Below are positions 63,683-64,000 of a stretch of DNA of 64,000 nt, in pieces (within the stretch, counting starts at the first letter, position 1; the number at the start of each line of letters is the position of its first letter). Both the position numbers and the translations under genes were made by a program. The notes beneath the pieces are model-generated. The model was not told the origin of the DNA and ran no database searches. It saw only the letters and a program-made list of their open reading frames with translations. The stretch comes from a virus (Duplodnaviria; Caudoviricetes). Location of the stretch: the IMG/VR virus record IMGVR_UViG_3300048819_000116, positions 1,570-65,569 of that record; one strand, written 5' to 3'.

Positions 63683-64000
63683 CTACGCCTCCAGCCCCAA
63701 CCCCTGCGCCTCCTGCTCCTCGGCCTTGGGCTTCTCCTCCTGCGGCGCGATGGGCGTGACCTTCGTGACAAGCACGATGACGCCGTGGGCCTTTGATCCG
63801 CGTCCCTCGACCTCAAGCGCGACGCCTGCGCCGTTCGCCCAGACGGGCAGAAGCTCGGCCTTCACGCCGTCGGCTCCGGCGACCATGTGGGCGCCAGCCA
63901 TGTCGTAGACCTTACCCTCGTACTGCGGGCTGCGTATGTCCGCGATGCAGCCGGGCTTGCCCGGGCCGCCAAGGTCGTCCACGACTGCGGAGATGATGGC
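63683..64000 (-). CDS. 5'-truncated hypothetical protein
   Basis: Frame stays open to the window edge. Confidence 0.5.
   Translation of the reverse strand, partial: AIISAVVDDLGGPGKPGCIADIRSPQYEGKVYDMAGAHMVAGADGVKAELLPVWANGAGVALEVEGRGSKAHGVIVLVTKVTPIAPQEEKPKAEEQEAQGLGLEA

Noticed and set aside
1-64000. tRNA, rRNA, tmRNA, integrase and DNA polymerase genes
   Set aside because: No recognisable signatures were seen by eye; a tRNAscan/Aragorn/HMM run would be needed to exclude them firmly.

Overview
The whole window reads as a GC-rich dsDNA bacteriophage, probably most of one genome, because both ends lie inside leftward early/replication operons. No host genes, integrase, tRNA, rRNA or CRISPR array were seen. 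Layout: (1-9.7 kb) leftward, tightly coupled small early genes; (9.9-11 kb) a possible TerS, a dif-like site and an iteron-like region; (11.3-15.5 kb) a RepA-type helicase and two DNA methyltransferases; (15.7-22.9 kb) an XRE regulator and a glycosyltransferase/methyltransferase/GNAT cluster interrupted by a GIY-YIG endonuclease; (22.9-57.5 kb) a podovirus-like virion module with intein-bearing TerL, a 2466-aa internal virion protein, portal, an inverted five-gene block, scaffold, capsid, adaptors, Ser/Thr-rich fibres, more GT/MT genes and lysis-like membrane proteins; (57.5-64 kb) leftward FkbM, SF2 helicase and nucleases. The best candidate for a new system is a dispersed virion glycosylation pathway: about 8 GT-like domains, 4 non-DNA SAM methyltransferases and 1 GNAT, with GTs sited next to extremely Ser/Thr-rich structural genes. 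Other highlights are an apparently real 110-aa gene nested out of frame in the giant ORF, a ~305-nt structured non-coding element with a 20-bp perfect closing stem, and a homing endonuclease that duplicated the C-terminus of its target gene. All product calls come from motif recognition by eye; no database searches were run. Many starts were moved from the ORF track to starts overlapping the upstream stop (ATGA/GTGA).
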